64,000 nucleotides of DNA. It comes from Prolixibacteraceae bacterium. GTDB taxonomy: Bacteria; Bacteroidota; Bacteroidia; Bacteroidales; Prolixibacteraceae. Both the position numbers and the translations under genes were made by a program. A model generated the notes under the pieces. It worked only from the letters and a program-made list of their open reading frames with translations, was not told the DNA's origin and searched no databases. Location: assembly GCA_963676375.2 (NCBI GenBank), contig CAXXPT010000012.1, positions 3,035 through 67,034 on the forward strand, in the 5' to 3' direction. The number at the start of each line of letters is the position of its first letter. Positions within the stretch are counted from its first letter, which is position 1. Of the stretch, positions 1 through 11,325 are shown in pieces.

Positions 1-432
1 AATTATATTTTAGATCGCTTTATGAGAGATATTACGGTGCAAGTTACTGATGGTGAGCAACTATTAGATGTTTATCAGAATTATTGGAAAAAGCCGGGAG
101 ATGTAGCTAAGTACCAACGCCTGACCTGGAAGAACAATGTGAAAATGGAAGATGGCACTATTTTGGGGTTAGGAGACCAACGTGTCTGGACCGATCAATT
201 TCTGTTTAAAGGTGACTTCGTGAAATTGAAGTCCATAAATATGGGATATACGCTGCCTAATTTATCCGGCAGTAAGAAGCTATTCAAAGCGTTCAGAATT
301 TACGCTACTATAGAAAACCTATATACGCTAACCAAATACCCCGGATGGGATCCTGAAGGACAAGGGTTGGTTAACCAATGGGACTTACCACAACTATTCT
401 CTGCAAGTATGGGAGCATCTATTAAATTTTAA
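1..432 (+). CDS. TonB-dependent receptor, SusC/RagA family, C-terminal end (5' part outside window)
   Basis: The frame is open from the window edge. The sequence ends ...SMGASIKF with a terminal aromatic residue, as in TonB-dependent barrels. A SusD-like gene follows 12 nt downstream. Confidence 0.8.
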   Translation, partial: NYILDRFMRDITVQVTDGEQLLDVYQNYWKKPGDVAKYQRLTWKNNVKMEDGTILGLGDQRVWTDQFLFKGDFVKLKSINMGYTLPNLSGSKKLFKAFRIYATIENLYTLTKYPGWDPEGQGLVNQWDLPQLFSASMGASIKF

Positions 433-444
433 AAATTAATCGAC

Positions 445-2034
445 ATGAAAAAAGTTATAATACTGGCTTGCCTTTTCCTGATGCTGGGTACAGCATGTGA
501 AAACAGGGAATTTTTTGAACTTGAAAGGCCCGTTCAAAGCCCATGGACTAAATTGGATGAATTTGACAGGGCCGTGATCGGCCCAAGTTCCTGGCTTTTT
601 GCGTGGGGAGATTGGGGAAATATTTTTAACTATTGGTATTTGTATAAAAATGCCGTTGCTGATGACGTAGCTTGGTCAACCCCGGGGGATAATGCATGGG
701 GATGGTACCGCGATACCGAAAACAACAAGCAATTTACGGATGACACATTCACTAAATCATTCCAGGTTATTTCCTCTGTAAACGATGCGCTTCGATTTGT
801 AGAAGAAAAAGGAGGTGAACCTTTCCCTAAAATGAGTGCGGACGACAAAAAGTATAATCTTGACAGGATTGTGGGCGAACTTTACTTTTTAAGAGGATTC
901 TCCTATTATATGAACGCAACTCTTTTTTGTGATGCCTATGTACCAGGCGGAGCTAACGATACCAAACAGATTCCTTTGCGGACAACAAAAGCAAGTTCTT
1001 ATGAGGATGCCTCAAATCCTAAAATAGGAACGGTACAGGAAATATGGGATCAGATTCTTGCTGATTTTCAAAAAGCTTATGAACTTTTGCCTGAACGGTA
1101 TGTCGCAGGCAAAATGCATGCTTCGTACCAGGCTGGCCGGGCCAATAAATTTGCGGCTGCCGCCATGTTAGCGCGTTCCTGTCTTGTAATGGGCAATTAC
1201 CCTAAAGCAAAAGAATATGCCAGTTTTGTTATTGATCAAAACGGAGGGGATTTCGACCTGAGTGAAGAGCCTATCGCGGCTTTTAATAAAAGCACGCTGG
1301 CCCGGGGTAAGGAAGTGATCATGTATATTCCATCTTACGATAAAACTTATGGCAAGCAGAACTTACATGCGACCACCTTTAGCCATATGTTTCAGGCAAC
1401 TCCATGTGGCTGGGTAGCCACCCATATGGATTATGCAACACTAAAACGGATTGGGTGGATGAATGATGCCAAAAATGATACTTCAATAAATATGGCTGCA
1501 AGAAGGGACAAACGGTTTTCTCAGTTAATGTTTGTCAGGGAGCCTGCAAATATACCTAAGGAACAACGAATAGCAGGACGATACTATGAAACACGGATAA
1601 ACCTGACCTGGCGTACTATTGTCGCTAATAAGTATTACAGGGGGCCGGGGATAGGATATACCAATGTTCCCCAGATAAGGCTCGCCGAAATGTATCTGAC
1701 CCGTGCAATTTGTTCATTTAAGGTTGGAGATAAGAAAAGTGCTGCCAACGATTTAAATGTGGTCAGGAAACGTGCCTGGAATGCACAGATAGCTGGTCAG
1801 GCTTATGAAGCATCATCAAACTTCGTCACAGAGAGTAATATTACAGAGCAAATGATCGGTGATGAACGGTTGATTGAAATGTTTTGTGAAGGCGACCGGA
1901 TTGATTACCTGAGAGGATTAAAGGTTAACATTGCCAACGGTGAACGGGGAGCCGGTACAGTTCCATATACCGATAAAGGATTTGTATGGCCGGTCCCGGT
2001 TGTCGAAAAAAATTTAAACAACAGTTATAAATAA
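445..2034 (+). CDS. SusD/RagB family nutrient-binding outer-membrane lipoprotein
   Basis: 529 aa with a lipoprotein signal (LMLGTAC). It lies directly after the SusC-like gene, and its size and helical character are typical of SusD. Confidence 0.8.
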   Translation: MKKVIILACLFLMLGTACENREFFELERPVQSPWTKLDEFDRAVIGPSSWLFAWGDWGNIFNYWYLYKNAVADDVAWSTPGDNAWGWYRDTENNKQFTDDTFTKSFQVISSVNDALRFVEEKGGEPFPKMSADDKKYNLDRIVGELYFLRGFSYYMNATLFCDAYVPGGANDTKQIPLRTTKASSYEDASNPKIGTVQEIWDQILADFQKAYELLPERYVAGKMHASYQAGRANKFAAAAMLARSCLVMGNYPKAKEYASFVIDQNGGDFDLSEEPIAAFNKSTLARGKEVIMYIPSYDKTYGKQNLHATTFSHMFQATPCGWVATHMDYATLKRIGWMNDAKNDTSINMAARRDKRFSQLMFVREPANIPKEQRIAGRYYETRINLTWRTIVANKYYRGPGIGYTNVPQIRLAEMYLTRAICSFKVGDKKSAANDLNVVRKRAWNAQIAGQAYEASSNFVTESNITEQMIGDERLIEMFCEGDRIDYLRGLKVNIANGERGAGTVPYTDKGFVWPVPVVEKNLNNSYK

Positions 2035-2291
2035 GAACCTTTGTTCATTTATTAAACGCTGTATTGTGCTAAGCGATAAATGAGTATAGAAGTTCAAATT
2101 TATTCATTTGTTGTTTCTTTAAGAAATAGGGGGAAAACTATCTTTCTCCTTATTTCTTACAATCAATTGATAATAAATCCATTATTGTGTATTTGGGTTA
2201 ATCCTAACCCAATAGGATATGTGTTTGATTGTGACAATACGACAACCAAATCATCATTATAAAGCATAATATATAACACAGCTAAACTTTC

Positions 2292-3752
2292 ATGAAAAAA
2301 ACTTCTTCCTTAATGATGTTTGTCTTGATGGCATTTGTATTTATAACAGCGTCCTGCAAAAAAAAAATAAACCCTCCGGAACCTATTCTTCCAATTCCCA
2401 CCGACCGCCAGTTGGCTTGGCATGGAATAGAACAATATGCTTTTGTGCATTTTACAACCAATACCTTCACCGATAAAGAATGGGGATTTGGCGATGAGAG
2501 CGAATCTGCTTTTAACCCGACCGCCATGGATGTTACACAGTGGACCAAAACGATTAAAGCTGCCGGATTAAAAGGCTTGGTTTTGACCTGTAAACATCAC
2601 GATGGTTTTTGTTTGTGGCCAAGCCAGTATACCGAACATTCGGTAAAAAATAGTCCGTACAAAGGAGGCAAAGGCAACGTAGTAGACGAGGTGGAAAAAG
2701 CCTGTCGTATTGACGGGCTGAAATTCGGTGTTTACATGTCGCCCTGGGACCGAAATCGCACCGATTATGGCTCACCTTCGTATGTTGAATACTATCGCAA
2801 CCAGCTAAAAGAGCTTTTTGCTGCACATTCACCTGTATTCGAAATGTGGTTCGACGGGGCCAATGGGGGAGACGGCTATTATGGCGGAGCAAAAGAAAAA
2901 CGAAAAATCGATGGCAAAACCTATTACGGTTGGCCAACTACGATGAAAATGGTTCGCAGCATAGAACCCAATGTGATTTTCTTTGGAGATGGAGGAGATA
3001 TTCGCTGGTGCGGTAATGAGCGCGGTTATGCAGGCGAACCGAATTGGTGTTCATTCAATTACGATTCCACTTTTTACAAGATGAATGAGAAAGAGCAAAT
3101 TACTTATTTGAATCATGGCGATGAGAAAGGGAAACAATGGGCTCCTGCCGAAGTGGATGTTTCAATCCGTCCGGGATGGTTTTATCATTCCAGGGAAGAT
3201 TCACTGGTTAAAACCCCGGAACAGCTTTTCGACATTTACCTCAATTCGGTCGGTCGCGGTGCTAACCTGATCCTGAATATTCCTCCTGACAGGCGTGGGC
3301 TAATCAACGAAATTGACGTTGCTTCTTTGCTTGGCTGGAAAAAATTGATCGATGAGAGGTTCAAAACCAATGTGGCTCTAAACAAACCAGTCAAAGCCTC
3401 AACCGTTCGTGGCAATTTGTTAGTCTATGGTGCTGAAATGACCACTGACGGAAACAAGGAAACCTACTGGGCAACCAACGATCAGGAGAAAACAGGCACC
3501 TTGGAGATTGATTTGGGGGAAAAGAAGTTGATCAGTTATGTGCTTGTTCAGGAATACATTAAACTCGGACAGCGTGTAAAAAGTTTTTCTGTAGAAATTG
3601 AAAAAGACGGCAACTGGCTGGAAGTATCAAAAGGAACCACTATTGGATACAAACGCATTCTTCGCATCAATCTGGTTGAAACTCAAAAGGTTCGGGTTGT
3701 AATTGCTGATTCAAAAGCCTGCCCTGTTATTTCGAACGTGGAATTCTATTAA
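2292..3752 (+). CDS. alpha-L-fucosidase (GH29) with C-terminal F5/8 type C (discoidin) domain
   Basis: Carries the GH29 motif TCKHHDGFCLWPS and WFDGANG, a lipoprotein signal, and a discoidin-like C-terminus (TDGNKETYWAT...). Confidence 0.9.
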   Translation: MKKTSSLMMFVLMAFVFITASCKKKINPPEPILPIPTDRQLAWHGIEQYAFVHFTTNTFTDKEWGFGDESESAFNPTAMDVTQWTKTIKAAGLKGLVLTCKHHDGFCLWPSQYTEHSVKNSPYKGGKGNVVDEVEKACRIDGLKFGVYMSPWDRNRTDYGSPSYVEYYRNQLKELFAAHSPVFEMWFDGANGGDGYYGGAKEKRKIDGKTYYGWPTTMKMVRSIEPNVIFFGDGGDIRWCGNERGYAGEPNWCSFNYDSTFYKMNEKEQITYLNHGDEKGKQWAPAEVDVSIRPGWFYHSREDSLVKTPEQLFDIYLNSVGRGANLILNIPPDRRGLINEIDVASLLGWKKLIDERFKTNVALNKPVKASTVRGNLLVYGAEMTTDGNKETYWATNDQEKTGTLEIDLGEKKLISYVLVQEYIKLGQRVKSFSVEIEKDGNWLEVSKGTTIGYKRILRINLVETQKVRVVIADSKACPVISNVEFY

Positions 3753-3773
3753 ACATACCGAAACAAGAATCAT

Positions 3774-5537
3774 ATGATCAGACAATTGATATTTTACTGC
3801 ATTATTTTTTTTTTAGCTGGTTGTCAACTGAATAAAACGAAGGAAAAAGTATTTGTAAAACCAGCGAAACCTGAATTTTATCAATTAAAAGATACAAGTT
3901 GGAAAACCTTTACGCTTCGGCAGAAAATAGGTCAAACCATGCTAATGCTCCCCGACCGGAAAAAGGAATTAGAGCTGGGCAAAGGATCTCTAAAAACGTA
4001 TTTCGAAAATTATCCTATATCGGGTTATTTTATGGGATGGAAGTTGTACGAAAATGTAAAGTATGAAGATCGTTTAAATCATATTCGGAACTCATGCAAA
4101 GAATATCAGGAAGTTAGCAATCTACCCTTGATTTTTCAGGAAGATTACGAAAGTGGGGTAGATATTGACGGGATGACATCATTTCCAAATGAAATATCGC
4201 TTGGAGCAGCCAATTCGCCCGAATTGGCTTATGACTATGGAAAAGCCATCGCTCAGGAATGTCGTTCCGTGGGTGTGAAATGGGTGTTGCATCCGGTAGC
4301 CGATCTGAACCTCAATCCATTTAATCCGATAACCAATGTCCGAAGTATCTCCGACGATCCGGATAAAGCCATCAAATTGCTTAGTCAGCAAATCAGAGGG
4401 TTGCAGCAAAATGGCGTAGCAGCTACAATCAAACACTTTCCTGGTGATGGTGTCGATTTTCGTGACCAACATCTGTTAACTTCATGCAATTCGCTGTCAT
4501 TACCAGCTTGGAAAGAAAAACATGGAAAAGTATTCAAAGCTTTGATCGATAGCGGTGTGGCCTGTATTATGCCTGGTCACATCACCTTACCAGCCTACCA
4601 GAAGGAAAAAACGAACGGAATGTGCCTGCCTGCCTCCTTATCAAAAGAATTATTGACCGGGCTGTTAAAAGGTGAACTTGGTTTCCGGGGTGCGATCGTT
4701 TCCGATGCCATGGTGATGGGAGGTTTTAGAGGATGGTACGAAAACGAACTCGAAGGCGAAATCCAGAGCTTTCTGGCCGGAGTTGATGTCCTGCTTTGGC
4801 CATCCTATGCATTTATGGACACCTTGGAAGCCAGAATAATACGCGGTGAAATTCCAATGGAACGTTTAGACGATGCCGTACAGCGAGTTTGGACTTTAAA
4901 AGAACGCTTTGGCTTACTCGATAAAACCAGCGAGTTGATAAAGGAAATATCATCCAGCGAAAAAAATGAAGCACTCAAAACCTCAAAAAAAATTTGTGAA
5001 AAAGCAGTCACGCTGGTTCGCTATACAAAAAACGCATTACCGCTAAATCCAACCATAGATAAAAATATTTTGGTTATTGGTGTCACTCCGATTTCCCGCA
5101 AAGGGGGTGACGAACATCTGAAGCAGTTGGAGAATTTCGCTCAACAATTAAGGGACAAAGGATTTCAGGTAGATTTCAGACACAATATTTTATATGAAAC
5201 TCAAGGCTGGGCTGATGATGCACCTCAAAAATACGATCGAATTATCGTAGCTGTTGCCCGTACACCACACACGCCTTTTGGCCCGTTGCAATTGTACGAC
5301 GATGAAGCTCAATCGGCTTGGGCAGTAAATGCCATGCCAAAGGAAAAAATTATTTTAGTAAACTTTGGCAGTCCCTATCTGACCAATGAATATTTCGAAA
5401 GGGTAAATACCTGCATTAATGCTTATTCCAACACTCCTGTAATGCATGCTGCAGTGATAGCTGCATTATTGGGAGAAGTAAAAATGACGGGGCTTTCGCC
5501 AGTTAACTTAGATATAAAAAATTATAATAACTATTAA
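3774..5537 (+). CDS. glycoside hydrolase family 3 (NagZ/beta-hexosaminidase-like)
   Basis: Carries the GH3 motifs KHFPGDG and IVSDAMVMGG, plus a lipoprotein signal (FFLAGC). Confidence 0.8.
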   Translation: MIRQLIFYCIIFFLAGCQLNKTKEKVFVKPAKPEFYQLKDTSWKTFTLRQKIGQTMLMLPDRKKELELGKGSLKTYFENYPISGYFMGWKLYENVKYEDRLNHIRNSCKEYQEVSNLPLIFQEDYESGVDIDGMTSFPNEISLGAANSPELAYDYGKAIAQECRSVGVKWVLHPVADLNLNPFNPITNVRSISDDPDKAIKLLSQQIRGLQQNGVAATIKHFPGDGVDFRDQHLLTSCNSLSLPAWKEKHGKVFKALIDSGVACIMPGHITLPAYQKEKTNGMCLPASLSKELLTGLLKGELGFRGAIVSDAMVMGGFRGWYENELEGEIQSFLAGVDVLLWPSYAFMDTLEARIIRGEIPMERLDDAVQRVWTLKERFGLLDKTSELIKEISSSEKNEALKTSKKICEKAVTLVRYTKNALPLNPTIDKNILVIGVTPISRKGGDEHLKQLENFAQQLRDKGFQVDFRHNILYETQGWADDAPQKYDRIIVAVARTPHTPFGPLQLYDDEAQSAWAVNAMPKEKIILVNFGSPYLTNEYFERVNTCINAYSNTPVMHAAVIAALLGEVKMTGLSPVNLDIKNYNNY

Positions 5538-5541
5538 AATC

Positions 5542-7395
5542 ATGAAAGAAAAGGCAATTGTGGGATTACTGTTGTTTTTGCTTGTTATTTCCGGATACGG
5601 ACAAGTGAGTAAGGAGGATGAAATGATATCGATGCAAAAAAAGAACAGTACTCCAGAAAAATTTCAACCTGTCAAATCCAATGAAATGCAGGACATTTCC
5701 ATAAATACCAGGCAAAATCGGAGTGTTGCATTTCAGTACAATCTCAATATGGTTCATCACAATCCCGGTGAACCACCTTTCGTTACAAAGTATAATGGCC
5801 CTTCCTATCTTAAGGATCAAGGATTTAATGGTCAGGTACCGCGAATATTTCTACCTTGTGCTATTACATACGATTCGTTCGATCCGGAACTAATGCCGAA
5901 GGGTTCAAAAGTAAGCGCGGAGGCAGAGGCCTATGCCCAAAAACTGGATCTAGAGATACGCCATGCAAAGGAAGTTGGTATGCCAATCTATCCATTCACG
6001 GATTTATTAGTCGTTCCAAAGTCGCTTCAGGAAAAATATGGCAAGGAGATGGCACCCGAGGGGAAGGTTACTGATAAAAATGTGCTTGGAGGCACCAAGC
6101 TACAGGCCAGTATTCTTCAAAAGCGGACAGAGGAAGTGTTGCGTGCGCAAATATTTGAAATTTTCAAAAGATTCCCTGACCTGGACGGTTTGACTACACG
6201 GTATGGAGAAACGTACCTACAGGAGTTTCCGGATTATGCCGGCGGAAGTCCTGCGGAAAATCCGGAAGAGCAAATTGCATTAATAAATATACTTCGAGAT
6301 GAGATTTGCGTGAAACGGAACAAGAAACTTTTCTATCGTACGTGGGACTTTGGTCATTTCCATACAAACCCTGATTATTATCTTAAAGTTACGAATGCCA
6401 TAGAGCCGCATCCCAATCTGATATTCTCTATCAAGCATGTACAGTCCGATTTTATACGCCTCAATCCGTTTAACCCTTGCCTGAGAATCGGAAAACATCA
6501 GCAGATCGTTGAAATTTCGTGCAATCCAGCAGGATTATATGGGAAAAATGCTCATCCCTATTATATTGGACAGGGTGTTATTGACGGATGGGAAGAATTT
6601 GCCTGGATTAAAAATACCGGCCCGGCCAAATGTTTGCGAGACTTATTGAAATGTCCACAGGTCGTTGGGATTTGGACATGGGCAAGAGGAGATGGTTGGG
6701 CTGGACCCTATATCAATAACGAGCTTTGGGTTGATCTTAATATTCAGGTGTTCACTCGTTTTGCCCGCGAGCCATGGCGCTCGGAGGAGGATTTGTTTAA
6801 TGAAGCGGCTCGTTCCCGTTTCGGGATTGATGGAGATGAACTAAAAAAATTGCGTAAACTTTGTTTACTCTCTGCATCGGCTGTTATGCACGGACAAGCC
6901 TCTGTTTATGCTCATGTGAGTGAATGGTGGTGCCGTGACGAGTATTTAACGGCAATCGATTTAAGTATGGTCGTCATCGCGGGCAAGACCAAAGAGGTAT
7001 TAGAAGAGAAAGCTGATGCGGTCAAAATGTGGCGGTCAATTGAAGAAATAGCCCGGACGATTCACCTGCCGAATCAGACAGATCAAGAATTTCTTGAAGT
7101 ATCCTGCACTTATGGACGCATCAAGTCTCAGATTTTTGAACAGATATGGAAGATGCAATTACTTGCTGCGGAATCTGAAATTAACAAAAAACCGCTAGAT
7201 ACCGAATCGATGCAGGCTTCCATTATTGCTTATGATCAGCGTTGGAAGGATTGGAGGAAACTCAAAGCCGATCACATATGTTGCCCGACGCTTTACCGGG
7301 ATGATAAGGCACAGCATTGTCCATTCCCACCATTTCGGGAAGTACTTGACCAGTACCGAATCAAAGTTGATAAATTGAAGGTTGAAGTAAAATGA
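5542..7395 (+). CDS. secreted hypothetical protein of the glycan locus (possible glycoside hydrolase, family not recognised)
   Basis: A 617 aa uninterrupted ORF with a signal peptide, tightly packed between PUL genes. I recognised no diagnostic motif. Confidence 0.55.
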   Translation: MKEKAIVGLLLFLLVISGYGQVSKEDEMISMQKKNSTPEKFQPVKSNEMQDISINTRQNRSVAFQYNLNMVHHNPGEPPFVTKYNGPSYLKDQGFNGQVPRIFLPCAITYDSFDPELMPKGSKVSAEAEAYAQKLDLEIRHAKEVGMPIYPFTDLLVVPKSLQEKYGKEMAPEGKVTDKNVLGGTKLQASILQKRTEEVLRAQIFEIFKRFPDLDGLTTRYGETYLQEFPDYAGGSPAENPEEQIALINILRDEICVKRNKKLFYRTWDFGHFHTNPDYYLKVTNAIEPHPNLIFSIKHVQSDFIRLNPFNPCLRIGKHQQIVEISCNPAGLYGKNAHPYYIGQGVIDGWEEFAWIKNTGPAKCLRDLLKCPQVVGIWTWARGDGWAGPYINNELWVDLNIQVFTRFAREPWRSEEDLFNEAARSRFGIDGDELKKLRKLCLLSASAVMHGQASVYAHVSEWWCRDEYLTAIDLSMVVIAGKTKEVLEEKADAVKMWRSIEEIARTIHLPNQTDQEFLEVSCTYGRIKSQIFEQIWKMQLLAAESEINKKPLDTESMQASIIAYDQRWKDWRKLKADHICCPTLYRDDKAQHCPFPPFREVLDQYRIKVDKLKVEVK

Positions 7396-7437
7396 ATATA
7401 TAATATTCCGGATTTTAAATTAAAAAACGTCAGACCA

Positions 7438-8121
7438 ATGAAGCATAAAATTCTTATAACACTTCCAATATTACTAATTTTCTTAGTAGGATGCATTTCA
7501 CAGAAAGTTACCCGTGAAGAGACCGAATGGAGCGATTTCTGGTGGGGCCACGAAGGTGATACCACGAACCCCCGTATATTATTTATCGGGAACTCCATTT
7601 CAAGAGGGTATTATTCAGCCGTTTCAACCAACTTGGCAGGAAAAGCGAACTGTGACCGGTATGCTACCTCCAGGAGTATTGAAGATCCGGCCTTATTCCG
7701 GGAAACCCAAATGGCCATGGGCAATTACCACCATGCAGTTATCCATTTTAACAACGGACTTCATGGCTGGCATCTTACCAACGAACAATACGAAGAAGGC
7801 CTGAGAAAGTATGTGGAATTTCTGAAAGCAAAAAAATCCAAAAATTGCGTTTTAATCTACTCACTTACAACCCCATATCCATCCGTAGAACTTGGGCAGA
7901 AACTGGATCCTGTCAAAAACCAGGTGGTCATAGACCGGAACCGGATTGCCCGTAAAATCATGGATGAAAACGGGATCACGGTCATCGACCTGTACAGCTT
8001 GATGGAACCGGAGTTGGAGAAATACAGTGGTTCGAAAGGCAATGTTCATTATAACAATGAAGGTTATGAGAGACTTGCCGAACGAATCAGCAATGAAATT
8101 CTAAAACTGATCGTGAAATGA
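7438..8121 (+). CDS. SGNH/GDSL hydrolase family esterase
   Basis: Block I motif FIGNSISRGY, a lipoprotein signal, and PUL context. Confidence 0.75.
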   Translation: MKHKILITLPILLIFLVGCISQKVTREETEWSDFWWGHEGDTTNPRILFIGNSISRGYYSAVSTNLAGKANCDRYATSRSIEDPALFRETQMAMGNYHHAVIHFNNGLHGWHLTNEQYEEGLRKYVEFLKAKKSKNCVLIYSLTTPYPSVELGQKLDPVKNQVVIDRNRIARKIMDENGITVIDLYSLMEPELEKYSGSKGNVHYNNEGYERLAERISNEILKLIVK

Positions 8122-9587
8122 ACCAAATACTTTTTATGCCTCACCGTTTTTTAACTGTGAAACTTCTGAAATCCGGAATTATCTATCTTACTATTAGTGT
8201 GTTATTTTTGACGTTAGTAAGTCAAAAGGTATTTTCGCAGAACCTCCATACCCCTGTTTTTAAAGATGGAGACCGGGTTTGTTTTGTGGGGAACAGCATT
8301 ACCAACAATGCGCAGTTTTATAATTTCGTCAACCTCTATTATGCGACCCGTTACCCTGAACGCAGGATTGTTTTTATCAATTGTGGCATTTCAGGAGATG
8401 TAACGCAAGGAGTCATCAACCGGATGAAAGGGGATATTTTGGTTAACAATCCCACCTGGTCGGTACTGATGATCGGAATGAACGATGTCAACCGCGATTT
8501 ATATGCCAAATCCAGGCAGAACGAAGCAGGGATTGCACAAAAAAAAGAGGAAGCTCTGGCACTTTACCTGAAAAACCTGGAAATTATTATTCAGGAATTA
8601 ACCAAAGATGGCCGGAGACTTATCATTCAAAAACCTTCCATTTACGACCAGACCAGCAAATTGGCTGCGGAGAATCTGTTCGGGGTAAATGATGCATTGA
8701 AACAATGTGCCGATTTTACTCAGGTTTTGGCTGATAAGTATAATTTGCCGGTGGTCGATTACTGGACCATCTTAACTGAAGTCAACCGAACCATCCATAA
8801 AAAAGACTCTACTGCAACCATTGTCGGTAAGGATCGGGTTCATCCCGGTGCACCAGGTCACCTGGTTATGGCCTATGAGTTTTTGAAATCGACAGGCGCT
8901 GATGAATATGTTTCGAAGATGGTGATCGGGAAGCGGGTGAAAAAAAGCAACAGGCATAGCGACAACTGTTCAATCCGGAATATCGTTTTCAGGAAAGGAA
9001 AAATTGAATTTGAGGTGAAGGAAGGGAGTTTGCCATTCCCAGTGGAACAGGATGCCAAACCTGCTCTAGACCTTGTTCCTTTCACCGATCGTTTTAACCA
9101 GGAGGTGCTTCAGGTTGCAGACATTCCGTATGGAGAATATCAGCTATCTATCGATGGACTTCAGATCGGGACCTATACTTCTATGGAATTGAGGAAAGGG
9201 ATTAATCTGGCCCTTATAGAAAATACCCCGCAATATCTTCAGTCTGTGAAGATAATGGCCCTCTACACTGAATACAGGAATACACAAGCCATTTACCGGA
9301 ATATTGTAACTGTTGAAATCTGCAATTTACCGGATTCCCTGAAAAATGCTTCACTGGAAAGAAAAGAGATTTTTCTGAACGAGGATCTGGAACAAAAACG
9401 AAAGACAGCTAACAATTATGAGTACTATAAGTGGAGATTCGGATCATACATTTCCAATAAAAATGCACAGGCTGAAATTGAAAAGAAAATACCAGAATTA
9501 ATTGAGGATGTTTCCCGGACGAATAAACCTGTATTCCATACTTTCAGTCTTGAGAAAGCTAAAACATCTATGCTTCAAAGAAAATAA
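8118..9587 (+). CDS. SGNH/GDSL hydrolase domain protein with uncharacterised C-terminal extension
   Basis: Block I FVGNSITNN and block V DRVHPGAPGH. Its ATG overlaps the upstream stop (ATGA). Confidence 0.75.
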   Translation: MNQILFMPHRFLTVKLLKSGIIYLTISVLFLTLVSQKVFSQNLHTPVFKDGDRVCFVGNSITNNAQFYNFVNLYYATRYPERRIVFINCGISGDVTQGVINRMKGDILVNNPTWSVLMIGMNDVNRDLYAKSRQNEAGIAQKKEEALALYLKNLEIIIQELTKDGRRLIIQKPSIYDQTSKLAAENLFGVNDALKQCADFTQVLADKYNLPVVDYWTILTEVNRTIHKKDSTATIVGKDRVHPGAPGHLVMAYEFLKSTGADEYVSKMVIGKRVKKSNRHSDNCSIRNIVFRKGKIEFEVKEGSLPFPVEQDAKPALDLVPFTDRFNQEVLQVADIPYGEYQLSIDGLQIGTYTSMELRKGINLALIENTPQYLQSVKIMALYTEYRNTQAIYRNIVTVEICNLPDSLKNASLERKEIFLNEDLEQKRKTANNYEYYKWRFGSYISNKNAQAEIEKKIPELIEDVSRTNKPVFHTFSLEKAKTSMLQRK

Positions 9588-9884
9588 TCATGCTTGAAAT
9601 AGATTAAACTTATTGATTTCTAATTAATTAAAACAATAGATAAAATCTATTATGCACTTATAGGATTTGAGGTTAAAGTATAAGGTATTTGTTTATCAGT
9701 CAATTTGTTCTTACAAAAAAGGCGATGGAAAATTCAGATAATCCAAAGTTCCCCTACTCTAATGAGTAAAAGATGATGTACAATTAATGGAATTTTATCA
9801 AACATACACAAGTGATTTGCATAAAATGACTTAAAAAGGCAAATACAATTAACGTTGTGAATTAAAAACTTTAAAATATTTTTT

Positions 9885-11255
9885 ATGAAAAAAACTATTT
9901 GGATTATAATGATTGCCAGCATGGCCGTCATAAAAGGACTTTCTGCACAGGAAGCTCCTTCAAAGGAATATAAAGCGAATTATGAGCAGATAATGAAACG
10001 TACCGAGTGGTGGAGGAACTCCCGTTTTGGTATGTTTATCCATTTTGGTGCTTATGCAGTTCCGGCACGCGGAGAATGGGTAAAATCGAATGAACGATTG
10101 ACTACAGAACAATATCAGAAATACATCGATGACTTTAATCCGATAGACTTCGATGCCAAAGCATGGGCAAAAACTGCGAAAGCAGCAGGAATGAAATATG
10201 CTGTTCTTACCGCTAAACATCACGATGGCTTTTGTTTGTTTGACAGCAAGTTAACCGAATACAAACTGAGTACCCGATTTGGTGGTCGTGATTTGGTTCG
10301 TGAGTTTCTTGAAGCTTTTCGAGCTGAAGGGATAAAAGTTGGCATTTATTATTCCATAATCGACTGGCACCATCCCGATTATCCGAATGTGGGTAACCAT
10401 CCTCAACGCAGTGATAAGGAATATGCCAAACGAAATTTTAACTGGGCCAATTACCTCAAATATATGCACTGTCAAGTAGAAGAACTCGTGAAAAATTACG
10501 GAAAAATTGATATTATGTGGTTCGATTATTCGTTCGACGAATACAGTGGTGAGAAATGGAAAGCGAAAGAACTGGTAGACATGGTTCGGAAGTATCAGCC
10601 TGAAATCATCTTAGATAATAGGCTTGCAACGCATGACGGTTCTTCATCCAAACAGCGGATGGTGAAAACTTTGGGCGATTTTGAAACTCCTGAACAAGGC
10701 ATTCCTGATGTTCCACTTGTGGATAAATACGGCAATCCCGTTCCATGGGAAACCTGTCTGACACTTAATGGTGGCTGGGGTTATACAGAACAGGACCATA
10801 ATTGGAAATCACCTGAACTCATCATCCATAGTTTGGTGAATTGTGTAAGCAAAAATGGCAATCTGTTGCTGAATATTGGGCCTGATGCCCGTGGAACTAT
10901 TCCGGAAGTAAGTGTTGCGATTCTGACTGAAGTAGGCAAATGGATAGACAAAAACGGCGAAAGTATATTTGGCTGCGGCATCAGCAATTTGCCTAAGCCT
11001 GACTGGGGACGATATACGCAAAAGGGCAAAACAATTTATGCACATTGGTTATACCCAAATCTTGGACAATTGAATGCTAAGGGAGTTAATTCTGAAAATG
11101 TAAAAAATGTATATCTGCTGAAATCAGGTGCCGAGTTACCCTATCAGAATACATGGTGGGGAAACACTGAAACTGGTAATTTCTTTATCACATTGGGTAG
11201 CTCAACAGAGAAACCAGTTAAATATGATACAGTTGTAAAAATTGATTTGAAATAA
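9885..11255 (+). CDS. alpha-L-fucosidase (GH29)
   Basis: LTAKHHDGFCLFDS and WFDYS motifs, plus a signal peptide. Confidence 0.9.
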   Translation: MKKTIWIIMIASMAVIKGLSAQEAPSKEYKANYEQIMKRTEWWRNSRFGMFIHFGAYAVPARGEWVKSNERLTTEQYQKYIDDFNPIDFDAKAWAKTAKAAGMKYAVLTAKHHDGFCLFDSKLTEYKLSTRFGGRDLVREFLEAFRAEGIKVGIYYSIIDWHHPDYPNVGNHPQRSDKEYAKRNFNWANYLKYMHCQVEELVKNYGKIDIMWFDYSFDEYSGEKWKAKELVDMVRKYQPEIILDNRLATHDGSSSKQRMVKTLGDFETPEQGIPDVPLVDKYGNPVPWETCLTLNGGWGYTEQDHNWKSPELIIHSLVNCVSKNGNLLLNIGPDARGTIPEVSVAILTEVGKWIDKNGESIFGCGISNLPKPDWGRYTQKGKTIYAHWLYPNLGQLNAKGVNSENVKNVYLLKSGAELPYQNTWWGNTETGNFFITLGSSTEKPVKYDTVVKIDLK

Positions 11256-11325
11256 TATAATAGATTGATTTTCCAGTCTTTGAATTGAGTTCCATTCGAC
11301 CCTAAAAATCATAATATTAACGACA